A program made the position numbers and the translations under genes. 64,000 bases of DNA from Chrysomallon squamiferum (lineage: Eukaryota > Animalia > Mollusca). The stretch covers positions 18,910,001 to 18,974,000 of the forward strand of contig CM022669.1 of the NCBI GenBank assembly GCA_012295275.1, in the 5' to 3' direction. Below are positions 1 to 15,569 of the stretch, piece by piece. Positions within the stretch are counted from its first letter, which is position 1, and every line of letters begins with the position of its first letter. The notes under the pieces are model-generated. The model made no database searches. It saw only the letters and a program-made list of their open reading frames with translations, and was not told the DNA's origin.

Positions 1-9
1 CGGGTACAT

Positions 10-495
10 TTGTCGTAACAGTTTAAAACAAACAACACAATAAACTTTTGTGTTTGAGAGTGTGGTAGTTTTTTCACAAAATACAATGAAACAAAACATA
101 AGTTGTATCAGAACTAGTTATGTTTTTATGGGGTTTTTTTTGTTTTTTTTTTTTTTTCAGTTTCACAGCTAGTATCCGTCAGGTAAATTTTTCTGAAAGT
201 TTAAAAATAAACAATTAAATTATACAACAAACTTTAAGTGTTAGAGCGTCTTGTAGTTTTACAAAAGATAAGTAAAACAACCTGTGTATCAGACTTTGCG
301 ATATTTTTGTATTTTATTACTTTTCATTTTCACATTTTTAACCCGCAAGTAAGTGGTCGTAACAGTTTGAAAAAACCCAACAGTTACATAAACTTTATGT
401 GTTAAAACACGTGATTCTACAACGTATAACAACAACAACAACAACAATAATAATAATAATAATAATAAAAAACCTTCTTGTATTAGAGCGTATTA
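10..495. repeat. Degenerate ~170-bp tandem array, about 3 copies, possibly continuing left of the window
   Basis: GTCGTAACAGTTT.AAA...AAACTTT..GTGTT...TGTATCAGA recurs at about 13, 195 and 356. Confidence 0.65.
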
Positions 496-578
496 TTATT
501 TTTATTCTTTCCTATTTTTCTTTCTTATTTTTGTTTAATATATATATCTATATAGATACGTACATACGTACATATGTT

Positions 579-697
579 CATACATACATACATACATACA
601 TACATACATACATACATACATACATACATACATACATACATACATACATACATACATACATACATACATACATAAATACATACATACATACATACAT
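579..697. repeat. (ATAC)n microsatellite
   Basis: Visible directly; source of the spurious YIHT and CMYV ORFs. Confidence 0.98.
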
Positions 698-864
698 ATA
701 ATGTACAGAGCGACAAAACATTGTCCGAAATTCAAAAGTACAAAAAACCTGTAAGATCCTTTTTATTTTAAACAACAAGTTAAAAGTTTGAAAACAAAAA
801 AGATGACGTACGTTAATTGTATGTTACGTAACTTGTATTTGATTAAAGGGTTACTGGTTTAGAG

Positions 865-1319
865 CAGGGGTGTACAAACTGCAGCCGTGGGAAGGATGTC
901 GCCTCATCACATTTAACGTCTCATTTGAAACAAAACCAGGCTGCGTGTCAGTATAAACACTCGTACCCCATGAATGTCCTATGACTGTTACATACCGTAC
1001 ACAACAAAGCGTCCAGAATTCACTTTTAGATCCATAAGTTTTAAAGTTGTTATTTAATAAAAAAAAAAAAAATAAATAATATTAATAATTGTTATATTTT
1101 GACTTTAATTAGAATTATAGAGGGTTGAAGTCAATGGTAATGGAAACATGTAAACGAACCCATTATTTATATGCAGCATTTTAAGTCACAGAGATTCTGG
1201 AAAATTCTGGAAAATCATATACGTTACGCTTTCAGATTTTACGTAAAATATGTGCGGCCGTGGTGCCAGTGAAGTTAAAGCTCTGCAGCCTCTAAGATCA
1301 GAAAGTTTGCGCACCTCTG
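865..1319. mobile_element. Non-autonomous hAT (Charlie/Buster-like) DNA transposon or MITE, 455 bp
   Basis: Left TIR CAGGGGTGTACAAACT (865-880); the right end reads CAGAGGTGCGCAAACT on the reverse strand (13/16 match). Perfect 8-bp TSD GTTTAGAG at 857-864 and 1320-1327. No transposase ORF. Confidence 0.9.
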
Positions 1320-3683
1320 GTTTAGAGAGAAGTAGACATTACGTCTTACTACTTTACTTAGAAGATGAAAAGTTGATACACTGTAAAGAGATTACAAATA
1401 TTACAGCTTGTCGGTTATGTGCAAATTATTAACTTAGTGTGTTTGTCTGTGCATGAAAACATTTGGTTTTTATTTGATAATTCTTGTAGGTGAGTACGAT
1501 TAGCTTTCATAAAAGTTTCTACGTGAAACATCCAAATTAAATTTACTTAATATATTCATGTGAAAATCTGAGTTTGGTATTATTAGCACAATGTTCATTA
1601 AAGCGTTTTTTTATTAAGAATTAGAAACTTATGTTTTAACCATAGACATACATTTGTTTTAGTTTTATTCGAAACCTAGAAAGCAATTTGTTTATGTAGA
1701 ATATTCTGGTGCCACAAACGACAAAACGCACATCGTAATTTTTTTAAAATAAGACTATAAAATACATCAGTAAAAACCCACAAACACTAAAAAATGATGA
1801 TTAATAATTGAAAATGAAATTTTTATTTAAATGCTCTTCATATTAGTATTTATTAAAACTTACGACAAAATATATTTCGATATATATTTTTCAGACTAAA
1901 GACTCAAGACAAAGGTTTAATGAGCATGAAAAGAAATATGTAATTATGAATCGCGGTTTAATATAAATGATAAATATACTTTAAAAGAATTTAGAAACCC
2001 AAAATCAAGGTAACTATGAAAATGGAATCTAGATATTGCTAATACATTCTGAAATATTGATCTAATTAATGTTTATTTATTAATGACGACAACTACGCCA
2101 ACAGTAACGTCAATAATACTAATAACAAATGTATCATCATGATTTTTTTTTTTTTTTAATGATTTTAAATTCTAATTCTCTTTATTCATTTTTTTTTTCG
2201 AAGAAAATTATGGATTTATTTATTTATAAACAAAAAAAAAAAAAAAAAAAAATAAAAATAAAATTAAAAAATGTTCGAGCAAGCAATTAGTTATAAACCG
2301 CTTAGAAAATATTATCTTTTCCTGTCACACTTCATTAAAAATCTCAATACGTGTTTTTTTCCTAATTTGTTTAACCCACTTATTCTAGTAGTTCAGTGAC
2401 CATAACAAAGTTTTACCGAGTGATTTCCTTCAAAAATGTTAACAGTTGTTTTAAAAGTTTGCCGAACTTGTCATTGTTCCTTTCGAACAAAGACAACAAA
2501 AAAAGAGAAACTTTCCTTGTTTTACAAAGAGAATATCAAAAGATAAGCATTTAATGGCGTAGAATCAATTTTACAATGACATACGTTACGTGGAACTCTA
2601 TGGAATATATTATAACTTTAAAATAACTCTTAGCTGAAATCGATGGCGGAAAAAACCTCAAACTGTCTGCTGAATATTGTAGATAAAACTGACTGGTAAG
2701 AAAATTATTTTCCGAATGAACCGCTGTAAAAACGTAACACCTATCTAAAGTAGTTCAAATTATCATGGACAAATATGTCAGAAAGATACGAAAAGAGATA
2801 CAAAGAAACAATGTGTAAATGAAAGAATGAACGAAATAAAGAATAAATGAAAGAATGAATGAATGAATGAATGAATGAATGAATGAAAAAATGCACAAAG
2901 AAATGTTTTATTTAATGATCCACTTCACACTGTTTGATCTGTAGTTGTTATTACGTCATGCGTACAAAACAATTATTTAAACCAATAAACACTATATCGC
3001 TATCACAGAATATTCTATTCATGTTCGTCACATTTGCCTGAACGACGTGATATAAATAAACTCGTATTTGTCAGAACTCTCTTACTGAAACAGCCAGCAG
3101 ACCGTGGACTCAGTTCATCGAGATCTTCATCCGTGAAGAAAGCTCGGTCTATCGCAAACGCATTGATTTTCTAATAATCTACACAAATTAATCCTGCTGC
3201 ATAAAACTTGTAAACGGGCCGAAGCATACTGACACGCTTTGATTACTGACGCATTTGAAGAAACAAAAAGGGACGATGGATCGCTGGTTTGTTCAAATTT
3301 AAAATCGCGTTTGAAGATAAAACGAACTAATTAAAAGATATCTCAGAGAGTTTCTTCTTTGGTTTTGTTACAGTTGATAACATTTTCACATCAATTTTTA
3401 TCACATATCAAACATATCATTTCGTAATGAAAGAATCATAAAAGATAAAACCAGCAGTCGTCGTCATTCTATGTTCTCTTCTTACTGTTTAGCAACAACA
3501 TATTTGTACAATATTCCTCCCGATAAACAGTATAGCAGTATCATTTACCACAAGTATAAGGATCGGTTTTTTTGTTGTTTTTTTTTTTTTTTTTTTTCTA
3601 ACAGCTGTTATTTAGTGTGATTAATTACATACACACGTATTTTACTTCCGAATGACGTTTGTTTGGTAAGGCATCAGCGATTG

Positions 3684-3795
<112 letters not shown>

Positions 3796-5109
3796 AAATT
3801 AGCACCAAAGATATAATAAAACCAAAACTTTTAATAAGCTTTATGTCTTCAATATATATTTGTGTGTGTGTCTATCTGTCTGTCGGTGTTTATGTATATA
3901 TATTTATTTATTTATTTATTTATAACTCCCAGCACGTCATCCTGCAGATGTTGATATTCATTAATATTTTCATCCTATTTTCCGCTAGATTCGTAACTTA
4001 TAAATGAGAAAAAACCACGTAGATTTTTTTAAACGCTTGTGTATAATAAATAGAATGTTTGACGTCTGATAACAGGAAATAGTTTTCTGTAAATAAGAGT
4101 TACGACTAGACTGTTACTGACGTAAAAGAATATTACGCCTAAAGTGTTTTCGTAAATATTAAAGTTCTGCGTATTTCCTTTTCAGAACAAGCAGAGAGAA
4201 TTTTCATGAATATTTCGAGAGAAAACTGAAATCAAAAAGTAATTGTTAGTCAGTACTTTAAAGTCAGACTATTTATTATTAATTTTGTGAATTGCTAAAT
4301 AAAATTCGTTAGTTAACTTTAAAACGTAGTATGTTAGTATTTTTATTAGTATTTTAAACGTTATTATTAGTGATATTAGTATTAGTGTTGGTAACAGTAT
4401 TATTAACAATGATTAAATTAAATATTAATGCAGTTTTCGAGTTTTTCACTTTGTAAATCTCAAAACGAAATGTCATCACATTTAATTATCAAAACTTATG
4501 TAAAGGTACTGACACTATCAGTACACTGTAAACATGTCATCACAAACACGATGACGTCATAGCATGTTCTTTTACTTCGGTATTGAAAACGAGGCATATT
4601 AAGGGAGCATATTAAGGCTCGTTCAGTATTTATTCTTGGCTTTGTCAGACATTGTGACTGTCACATTTGTGTTTCACACCAGCTTGCTCTGATTAACGCG
4701 TTTATTGTTCACTCAGTAGGCAAATTTTAAATATCTGATGATCTTACGATCACTATATCCTAAATATGAAAGAAATTCTTAATTATTCCGACTGCATCAG
4801 ACATTACTATACTGTTTACAATTTGTATCAACTTTCAGTACGTATGAATAGACAGACAGCTAAGCTAGACAGACAGAGATTCAGATTAAACAATGATATG
4901 AAAAACGAAAAGGATTCACTGATGTTTTCGATATCATTTCAGTATTAATATCTAGAAGGAAAAAAACTTTATTTACGCATGTTATATTACGTAATAAACA
5001 GTAATATCGTATCAGCCACGAAGTGCATATTATAACGATATTTACTGATATCACCATGACAACTTTGTTTTCACAACACAACAAAGCATATTGCTCAGTT
5101 TTCTTCTCA

Positions 5110-5141
<32 letters not shown>

Positions 5142-5660
5142 CAAATTTCCTTTAACGGTTTCGATTTCTAGATAATGATCATTGTATCGTTTTATCGCCT
5201 TATCGATACTTTTCTCTTTCAGGTATGTTTGAAATTTCATTTATTTCCTTGTTTGTCGTAAATAATATATTTGTGGCATTTGTCGAACTGGTGCGTTGTC
5301 ATTTGGATAAGACTGCGATAATTGTGCAGAGCACAGAGTAAACTAGATTTTTTTTTTATGCATTCAAGAATTAGAAATCACAAGTTAAGATTTCTGAATT
5401 CATATTCTGAAAATGCATTTGTTTACCACATACATACTGCATCTCTGGTTGATAATGTTATTTCAATACAGTATCAATATAAATACATATACATACATAC
5501 AGTCAAATTCTCATTAATACTGCTAGCAGTGAATAATTTCAAATTATTTATTAATAATATCGCTGCTTTAATGCAGTTTACATGTTACATTCAAGAATTC
5601 GTGTCGGTTTCAGAGAAATTTTAATAAAACGTGTCATCAATAATGTGCGTGACATTTACT

Positions 5661-5844
5661 TTTAATATTTCATTGTAATGAAACATGTAGAAAGTGACAG
5701 AACATGTAACATGCTGATTTATCTCGTATTAGGTCTGTGTTTAATTGCTCTTTTCAAGAAGCACGTTTAATATTATTATTTCAACGTAATGAAAGACATG
5801 CAGAAAATGACAGAACACGGAACTGATTTATCTCGTATTAGGTT
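5661..5844. repeat. Older tandem duplication, ~105-110-bp period
   Basis: GTAATGAAA..CATG.AGAAA.TGACAGAACA....CTGATTTATCTCGTATTAGGT appears twice. Confidence 0.85.
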
Positions 5845-6613
5845 TACAGTGAACAGCTGGTTTGAAGATTACTTACAACGAATACTTTTGATGTAAGTAT
5901 GGAAACACTTTTGACAGTGGAAATAACATCACACGTAATTTGTGCATGCGATGTTGTACTTATCTGATATGACGCGCATAACTGATTGCATATTTGAAGA
6001 ACAAGCTCAGATGTCGACAACGGCGACGTTAAACGTAGAACCAGTGTTACGCCCGCAACCACACAGGTAATGAAACGTAAGCAAAAAAAAACAACATCCA
6101 CATGTATAATGCTTTTATTTCTCATTTCATATGACGTATATTACTGACTGCATAACTGAAATTTTTTTTTTTTTAAATAACCTTCTAAATTTGCCATAAC
6201 TTTGATGTTAAATATAGAAGCACTTTAAAAATAATAATAATAATAGTTAAAAGAAAATGTGTACACTGGTAATGAGACGAAGATAAAAACAATTTGCACA
6301 GCTTTGATGTTAACTGTGCAAGATCTTGGAAAACAGATATATATACTGAAATACAAACTTTGATATTTTGTGTTTGGCAATGTTATCACTGAAAAATACA
6401 GAGAGCAGTTAAAAAGGAAAAAAAAATTGTTTTAATGATGCTAAAAAGATAGAAAAATAATTCATCTTTTCTGGCATTAAACCACCATTTCCTTTGTATA
6501 TTTTATTATAATAATACCTTTTAATAAACCTTAATGGTAATCTGCAAATAAGTGTATGTGTGTTGTGATGTATGCGCGTGAGTTGTGTCTGAATATATAC
6601 ACAGACACATCAA

Positions 6614-6644
<31 letters not shown>

Positions 6645-6979
6645 GCTGTCTGGTTACAGTGTTGATACAGTGAAGGTTGAATGGACTTTTGAAGGTTTTG
6701 TGAGAGGGAGTGTATTTTCCGCTCCAGCCAGCAATCAAACATCGATTAATCAAAAATCGTGTTTTATTCTTTATCGCCGATTGGAATTTTCATACAAATG
6801 ATCAGCGTTCAATTACAAAGAGAGGATTTCAAAACGAAGCTATCAGTTTTCTTTATCGTATTTAAGTAGCGATAATATTGATTCTTAGCTGTTCAATACG
6901 AACACTTCCTCGGATAATTTCCTTCGTTTATTTCATGATACTTTTGTACACTGCGGAAAATCTACGACATGTAAGGCTT

Positions 6980-7610
6980 TAATTACCGTATTCAATATCC
7001 TAAACGTTTCAGCAGCAAAATGTATTTTAGAACTTTACAGGTTGCTCATTCTAAGCATGCTAACAACAAGAATTCTTTTTGAATTCTTTTCGGTTATTAC
7101 ATCCCACCAGCGACAATTCCTTTTAAAACTAATCAGGTTTTTTACATGTAACTTTTAATTATTCGAAGCATGCTAACAGAAATAATTATTTCAGAAAACC
7201 TTATCGATTGTTGTAAGTGCGAATTAATCATTCTAAAAATACCATCTTATCAGTTATTTTATGTATATCTTAATCATTCCAAAAAACTGAATTGTAATGT
7301 AACTTTTCATCACTCGAAACATGCTTAACAACAATATAGTCATCGTGTAATCTCATTGTTTGTAACAGATGCAGGATACGAATTCTTTACATTATTTTAA
7401 ACATTAAAACAGCAAAAACCTTTTTTTTTTTTTTTTAAATCATATCTATCATATTCTACAATTTAAGAAAAAAAAATCCATAAATAATTATTACGTAAAG
7501 AATTCTACAAACTTCAGCAGTAACATTTTAATCAACGCAACGGTAGGGTGTAACTTCCAAGCGTTTCGATCGTTACCGTATTTAACGTTCTAAACGCGCT
7601 AACGTAAAAC
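6980..7610. repeat. Highly degenerate tandem array
   Basis: Repeated ATTC.AAGCATGCTAACA motifs (about 7048, 7161, 7313) and TTACCGTATT.AA..T.CTAAACG (about 6983, 7573). Confidence 0.5.
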
Positions 7611-8011
7611 TGCTCTTTTACTTCGCTGAATCAGTGGTGTAAATAAAGAAATAAAACGGCACTCAAAAGACATCAATCTTTCCAATCTCCGCTCTTCGGG
7701 CGATGGTTTTGTAACTCTTCAGTTACTGAGGCGCCTGTCGCTTCCTCTCTGAGCGTGTTTTGAGTGATTTTTTTTAAAAAAATAGATCAGCTGCAGTTTG
7801 GACCACGTAATTGATGTTCCGCTGTTCGTTTAAAGAAATTTTACAATCGTAAATCCGGACTGTACAAAAGAATGTAGCCGCTAGGGAAGGAAACGTTCCA
7901 TTTATATTTCAAAATTACGATAAAAAAAAATTTAAGAAAAAAAAAATTAAAAATTAAAAAAAATATATATTTTTTAAAAAAGGGACAGAAAGAAAAGGTT
8001 TTTTTTTTTTT

Positions 8012-8047
<36 letters not shown>

Positions 8048-8424
8048 TATTATTATTATTATTTTTTTTTTTTTTTTTTTTGCTCTTATATAAATAAGGA
8101 ATTCGATCAAATCAGTGCCACTTTTTATTCTTCCTTTCCCGGAAATTTTAATTATTCTTTTATTATTATTATTTTTTGTTTTGTTTTTTATTATTATTAT
8201 TATTTTTTTTTTTATATATTTTTTTTTAGTTTTGTATGCCGATGGTTATAGCTGGTGTTTTCCAAAAAAAAGTAGAAAAAAAAGAATTGTTTTTCTCTGG
8301 CTATTTAAGGCAAAACAGTTATTTTAATTTGTACTTCCAACCGTATTTATCACACATTAATTCTGTTTCTTGTATTCATATATTTTAACTATCAGTTTTA
8401 TAATGCTTAATAATATACAAAGGC

Positions 8425-8510
<86 letters not shown>

Positions 8511-10040
8511 GTGTCTGTCGTTTTCTCTATAGTTGATGTATGTATGTTTGTTTGTCTTTCTCTCTTTCTATCTGTCTTTCTGTGTTGATCTATCTGTTTG
8601 TTCGTCCATCCTTCTATTTGACTTTAACAGTGAAACCAGTTGCTTATTCGTCTAACCTAAATGTCAGTGTCTGTCTTTCCGTCTATCAAATACTGATACA
8701 CACAATAAACATATAATTAATAAAAACACACTAAAAATTTTTTTTAAATAAAAATGCAGTTCATTTTGGTATAGTCTGTCTAAATGCGAAATTATTGTTA
8801 GGAGCTGACAATACGCTTTAAAAACACGACAAAAAGAAACCATTTTCTTTCCGTCTCAGCGAAATGCCAGTACTCGACCTTTTCAAACTTGTGTGCTATA
8901 TTTTACTTGCTGAGTATACAGCGACACAGCAAGTTTGAAACTAATGACTTTAATTAGATTTCCTTCCACTGCATTCCCTTCCTCTCTCAGATCTGACAAT
9001 ACGTTACTATTCGACCTTTTCAACAAATCCGTGAAACTTTTGTTCACGTGTATATTTTTAAGACTTCTTCTTTTCGATGAGTCTGAAAGGAGGCATTATG
9101 AAATGTTTTTTCATAAAAAATTTTTTAATTATTATTACTAATCCTGTTTCTCTTACAGATTTATTAAAGAGTTCTTAATCAGTCTTTTATACCGAATTGT
9201 GCTAGACTTATGTTCAGGAGGATATTTCAGATAGTCGTATTAATGCGTCTGCGCTTTTCTTTAGCTAGACTCTTCAATATCGCAATAAACAGCACATAAA
9301 CAGTCTTCAGTCTTTCCTCGTTTTAATTTATTTGTGAACAGTGATTTAAAAGACAGCAGATGAGAAATGTTGCTGAATCAGGAAGGTATAAAAGCGTAAT
9401 CAGTGTCTAATTTTGCCAGAAACACGAAACTCGCGATCAAATAAACACGTCGACTTCGGAATAAAATGCGTTTGCGGGAAAAAATACCGTTTTAAAGCAG
9501 CAACAGATTTCTTAATTAAAATGAAAAGACAGGAGTGTGTTAGAAAAACAGAACGTAAATTAAAAAAAAATAAGAATAATAAATTAAAAAATAAGAAAAA
9601 AAAAGAAAAAAGAAAGAAAGAAATATGTGTATTAACCGATTTCAGCTAAACGAAAACAGATCTGTCTGTAGGCGCACAAGAAGAGTTATATTTATTATCT
9701 TTTCTTATTTATTTATTTATTATTATTATCTTTTTTATTATTATTCTTATTTTTATTTTTATTTTTTAAATTATTCAGAAATATAATGAACAAGACATTC
9801 TAAAACAAAAACAAGATACCGAGTTTAATCATCTGTCTAATTTCATCGTTGTCTATATTAAAATTTCATCGCGTGATTCCCATTAAGTGTTTATACATTT
9901 TTGCGAAAGTTACAATTGATAGTTTAACGAAATGCTTCGTTGAACTGTTCTAAGTTTAATAGACTCTAGATCCCCTGCAGGAAATAAATCAAAGATTGAA
10001 TGATTTTTGTTTTCAATTAATAGCAAAAAAAAAAAAAAAA

Positions 10041-10091
<51 letters not shown>

Positions 10092-11813
10092 TAAATATAA
10101 AAAAAAAAAAAAGGAAGGAAAAAAAAAAAGTAAAGATGAAAAAATAAATTAATTAATCAAGGATAAAACAATAACAACACTAATAATAGTGGTGGTGATA
10201 GTGATGATGATGATGATGATGAATGAATGATGATGAAAATATCAATATCTAATAAAACCTGAAACGATGGTTATGTTATGGAACACTGGATATTTATTTT
10301 GTAATTGACAAGAATCAGTCATTATTTTGAACAGCAGAATTACAGGAAAATACATTTTAATGGGTGATATTGCGTTTGTGTGGCTTAATGTATTTTTTTT
10401 TTCTTTTTTTTTTTTTTTTTTTTTTTTTTTGACCCAAACCTAGCATGCCATAAACGACAACCCGCTCATTTCAATGAATACGTTGCTACAATATACACTG
10501 CAATTAAATAAATAAAACTTTTTTATTTCTTATACATAAAAATATTATTTCAAAATTTGTTGCGTGATTTTGCACTGGCAAGGAAACGTGTTCTTTTTTT
10601 TTTTTCTTCTTTTTTTTCTTCCTTTTATACGAAACTAATAAACACGCAATAAGGAAGTTTGATTATCTGCCCTTGGCCGCCATTAATGACCTGATTAATG
10701 GACCGGATCACCGGTGCACGTAGCCTTACAACCGAGTCTCGATATCCTAGATGACTGTCGCTGTTTTCAATAACTGGAGCAGCAGCTATTGTTTTAATTG
10801 TCTCCCCTGAGGCCGGAAGATTGCCATTAGTGATTCCTTTTCGCCAGTCACGACAAATATTGCCGGAGTCAAACGATTATGTCGTTAGCTCGCGCGCTGT
10901 TTTTTTCTCGAGATAAAGTGCCTTAAAAATTCAGTTTGACACAGAACTGATGAAAGGAACATTCCCGAAGTAAAAGTCCTGTCTGGCGCACGCAACGTTA
11001 GTTAGTGTCTTGAGGTCAGAACAATTACGCTGAAATCCCATGATCGCTTTGTTTGTGTTACGTATTTAAAATAAATGTGAATATAACTATGTACGACAGT
11101 ATGTGTATTTAAATATATAAATATATTAATACGTACATACATGTTACTGTTTTGTATTGATTTCTGTTATACGTGTTTGTTTTTGTTTTTTGTTGTGTTT
11201 TTTTTTTTTATAAAAAAAATTATATTTATTGCAACATAAAAAATGTATGTCTCATCCGCCTAATTTCACAAAAGACAAAGTGTCTATTAATCCGGTACCG
11301 GGGATGTCAACGTCAGTCAACATGACAGTCGCTTATAAATCTGGTGCCCCATGATAACTGACACAGTCTGATTACCTGCACTAATTATTAATGCACTTTG
11401 TTTTACAGTCAACGAGAGATGATCATAATGATACTGTTTCGAATAATGAATTATTGAACAGAAATACTGTTTGGTTGATCTGGTAAGTTATTTGCGTGGT
11501 TACGGAGAAAACACTTCAAGAAAACATACTTGACAGTCTAATTTAAAGTATTTGGTGATATAATACCTTCCTTCAGCTATGGTCACTTCCGTTCGTAATT
11601 CTAGCTTTAGTCCACACAGAATGAATTTCAAATGTGAACAGAATCACTCTTTTAAGCGTTAGGGTTTCTTGGTAAGCAACCTTGTTTAACAAAGGAATGT
11701 TCCTGTTCAAATGAGGATCAAAGTCTTAGAAATAGAACGATAGATAGATATTTAGGCAGACAGAGCTATAGATAAACAGCTAGATAGATAAATAAATATA
11801 CAGAGTAATGTAC

Positions 11814-11846
<33 letters not shown>

Positions 11847-11889
11847 CATAGAGAGAAAGAGACACAGAAAGAGAGACATAAGATATATG

Positions 11890-12043
<154 letters not shown>

Positions 12044-12794
12044 ATATAATTAGGTATATAAAATAGGTGTGTCCTTCCGGGTTACTGGTATAATCGGATC
12101 CACACACACACTTCAGTTTCTTATACACGGTATAATGATATTACGTGCCAAATGCGGAACTTTTCCGTGTAGACAAGTTAACTCAATAACACATCGTAAT
12201 ATAACTGTCATCATTGAATCTGCTCAATTAACTCCACAATACGAAACTGGTCGGGCTTTCCAAATAGACTTAGCTCTGAAGCTTAAGCTCGAGAACCTGT
12301 TGAAAGGAGTCTTGAGAAGTACGAGAGAAACTGAAATAACAATTCTTTTTCTCCAAAATTCTAATTTTCTCTCTCATTTTGTGTCCGTCACAATCTGCAG
12401 AATCTCTTTTTGTCTGGACTGAAATCCGTGTTTGTTGATAGCTGTTGCAATAAATCGGAAGGCTTTTTATTTTGAAAGTTTGAAAGAGAGAGGGATTATG
12501 TTTTTTTTTTTTTTTTTTTTTTTGGTGGTGAAGAGGTTGACAGAGAGTGATAAGGTTGTTAGAACGACACAGTGAACCGCTGTCGTGTAGCAAGTCGTGT
12601 AATTCGTTCAGATCATTCTCCATCTGAACAGTCATTGTGAGTCGTTCTCGAGAGCCAGTTTGGTGTAGGCATAATTTAGGTGAAAATAAGATTAACACAG
12701 AATCCGTGTCTTTGTTATTTGTTCAAGTAAATATAACAGCGAGTTACTTCTTTTTGTTGGTTCCCTGTTTGTACGTTTTCAGAAGATAACTGAC

Positions 12795-12865
12795 TTTCTT
12801 AAATATTTCATCAGGAACATAATGTTCGACATTTTCTTAAATATTTCATCAGGAACATAATGTTC

Positions 12866-12866
<1 letters not shown>
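12795..12866. repeat. Tandem duplication with a 38-bp period
   Basis: TTTCTTAAATATTTCATCAGGAACATAATGTTCG occurs twice exactly, directly before a (TG)n tract. Confidence 0.95.
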
Positions 12867-12937
<71 letters not shown>

Positions 12938-13904
12938 ATAAATAAATATGCTGGAAGATTAAGTAGAGCTGGTAAAACTGTAAGACTGTTATTTGATTTA
13001 TTTGTATCAAAGATACAGTGTTGAAGATCTGATAAAAGACAGTCTTACATTGTGTAGTCATTAAATGTATGCTTGAACCTCCAGTGAAAACAAGTACAGT
13101 CGTTGACTATCTTAGATAGGACAGTATATGTATTCTGCAAGATTTGAACTCCTAAGTTTGATCTTTGTTAAGTTTACATCTTATGTCACTTCAGCCTTCA
13201 TTATCTGATTTGAAAATAAAATAATAAAACTGATTTAGAAAATCAAACACATCTATTGACATAACCTTCACGACATTCTGTCTTCTAATTTACACCTTCG
13301 TACTCATAGTGAACCGATATATACTTTTTTCTTTTTATCTTTCCGAAATTACGTGAGTGAAGACGCCACTCAAACCCGGTATACCTATTACCTGTATAGA
13401 GAAAGAAGAAGAAAACTGAATACGGGTCAAAAGGTTTGTTTGCAAAATGTTCCCAATTATCGCAACGTTGCGCTCTTCATAAAACGATTTAACAGCCGAA
13501 GTCGAAACATTTGGCTCGAGACTCCATTCTTGTCGAGCCCGATTGACTTACACGTGACGTTCATTGTGTTAATTAATAATCGATATTACCTCATTCACAG
13601 TTTAATCACATCAGCCGAATCAGATAATTGTCACTTCTTGTTTGATTACATTCTGATTGCGCTTTTTGAGTTTTGCTACGATTAAACGTTTCGGCTTCAG
13701 TATTCTTACAGTATCCCCAGTGGGTTGTTCTTTTTTCTTTTAAATAAATAAATAAATGAATAAAAATATTTGTTACTTTTGTTATTGCTGTTCTTTGATT
13801 ATTCATTCTATGCACATACATGCATATACATGCATACATTCATGCATACATACATTCATATATAGGTAAATACGTATATACATTGTTCATTCATGCAGAC
13901 ATGT

Positions 13905-13960
<56 letters not shown>

Positions 13961-15569
13961 ATGCATGCATATATACATACATGCATACCTACATAACATA
14001 TACTTACATATATTCATACAAACATATATATAAGCATGCACACATACATGTATACAAACGTACATATACATGTATGCATACATATAGATAGATAAACGTA
14101 GATACATATATGCAATTTTCTTGATTACAGAAACTAAAACCGTAATATTGTGAGATTGCTGAATTAAACATACGAATGCAGTACTTCTACGTCTACATAG
14201 TGCAGTACATACAGATATGAAGCCTTGATATTTTAAATGTGCTATAACTGCGTATAACTTTTTCGAAGCCTTTAAATCTCATCACTGTTATCTCTATTTT
14301 ATAAACATATCTCAAGTTTGTAATAAAGTAATTACATCACAGAATTTCTTAATTACGTCACCGAAATTCCTGTAATTATCAACGGATTCTTTGATTGTAT
14401 TACAAGAGATTCCTTAATAACATAATCAAGTGAAATTCCTTAACTATATGAGTTAAATTCCTTAACTAAATGTCACACTGATATCACATTCGAAATGTTA
14501 CAGTGAAAAACTGAAAAATAAAAAAACAAGCCAAATTCGCCAAAGTATAAATTTCCACTGTCAGTTCCTTGAACTTTTAGAGCAAAAAAACCCAGAAAAC
14601 TTCACTTACAATAAATAGCAGTCTTTTGCGCATAGAATGCAGAAATAAATGCACTTTTGGAAAGAAGAAACTGAAGAAAAGAAAAAGAAAGCTGCACTTC
14701 TAGCCTGTCGGACCGCTAACGACAAAAGCCTTTCTGATGAAACACGATCTGGTGAAAGAACGAAACGTAGGAAAGGAAAAGAGACGGAAACCAAGTCTTG
14801 TACTTTGATATTGCAGACGACTTCGTGATTAAAGGGATAAATTAAGAATCCCCACGCCTCTGCTAAAGGCTTGTTAAGGAGGTGACATCGAATAATAGAG
14901 CAAATCAAGAAGAAGAAGAAGAAAGAAAGAATAATGATATTGAAAACAGTCATGATACTAATAATTTTGTAACCTTAAAGGAATGGAAAAATAAGTATTT
15001 ACATTTCTGAAAGTATTTTTTCTTTCCGTGTTTTTCTCTCCGTCTCTCATTCTGTGTCTGTCTATCTCTTTCATTCTGTCTATCTCTCTCTTTATGTGTG
15101 GGTGCGTGTGTGTGCGTGTGCGTGCGTGAACCTTTTACTCTTCTTTCTTTCACTATCGCTATTTCTCTCTCTGTCGCTCACTTTGATTTTCTTTCATATT
15201 GCTTGTCTCCGTTAATAACATATACGAATATTGCTATCATTATTTCTGAAAGCTTATTTTATTTTTTATTTCATATGTTTTACTCTATAAAACTTATTAA
15301 CTTGTACATTTTTTTCTCTCCATTTTTTTTTTCACTAATTACTTTCTTATTTCAAAAATATTTGTAAACAAAAATAGCTGTAACCCCGAAAAACCGTGCC
15401 GCTGTTAAAAAATAAATGTGATATCGATTCAGAAACGAATCAAGGTCTACAAACACCCATGCGAATTCTTATATGTATTTTTAGTGGGTTATTTTTCAGT
15501 TGTAGCAAACAGAAATGTGATTGCCCTGTTTTGTCATGTTCGTGTGATCTTTTTAATCTAACAGATCTT

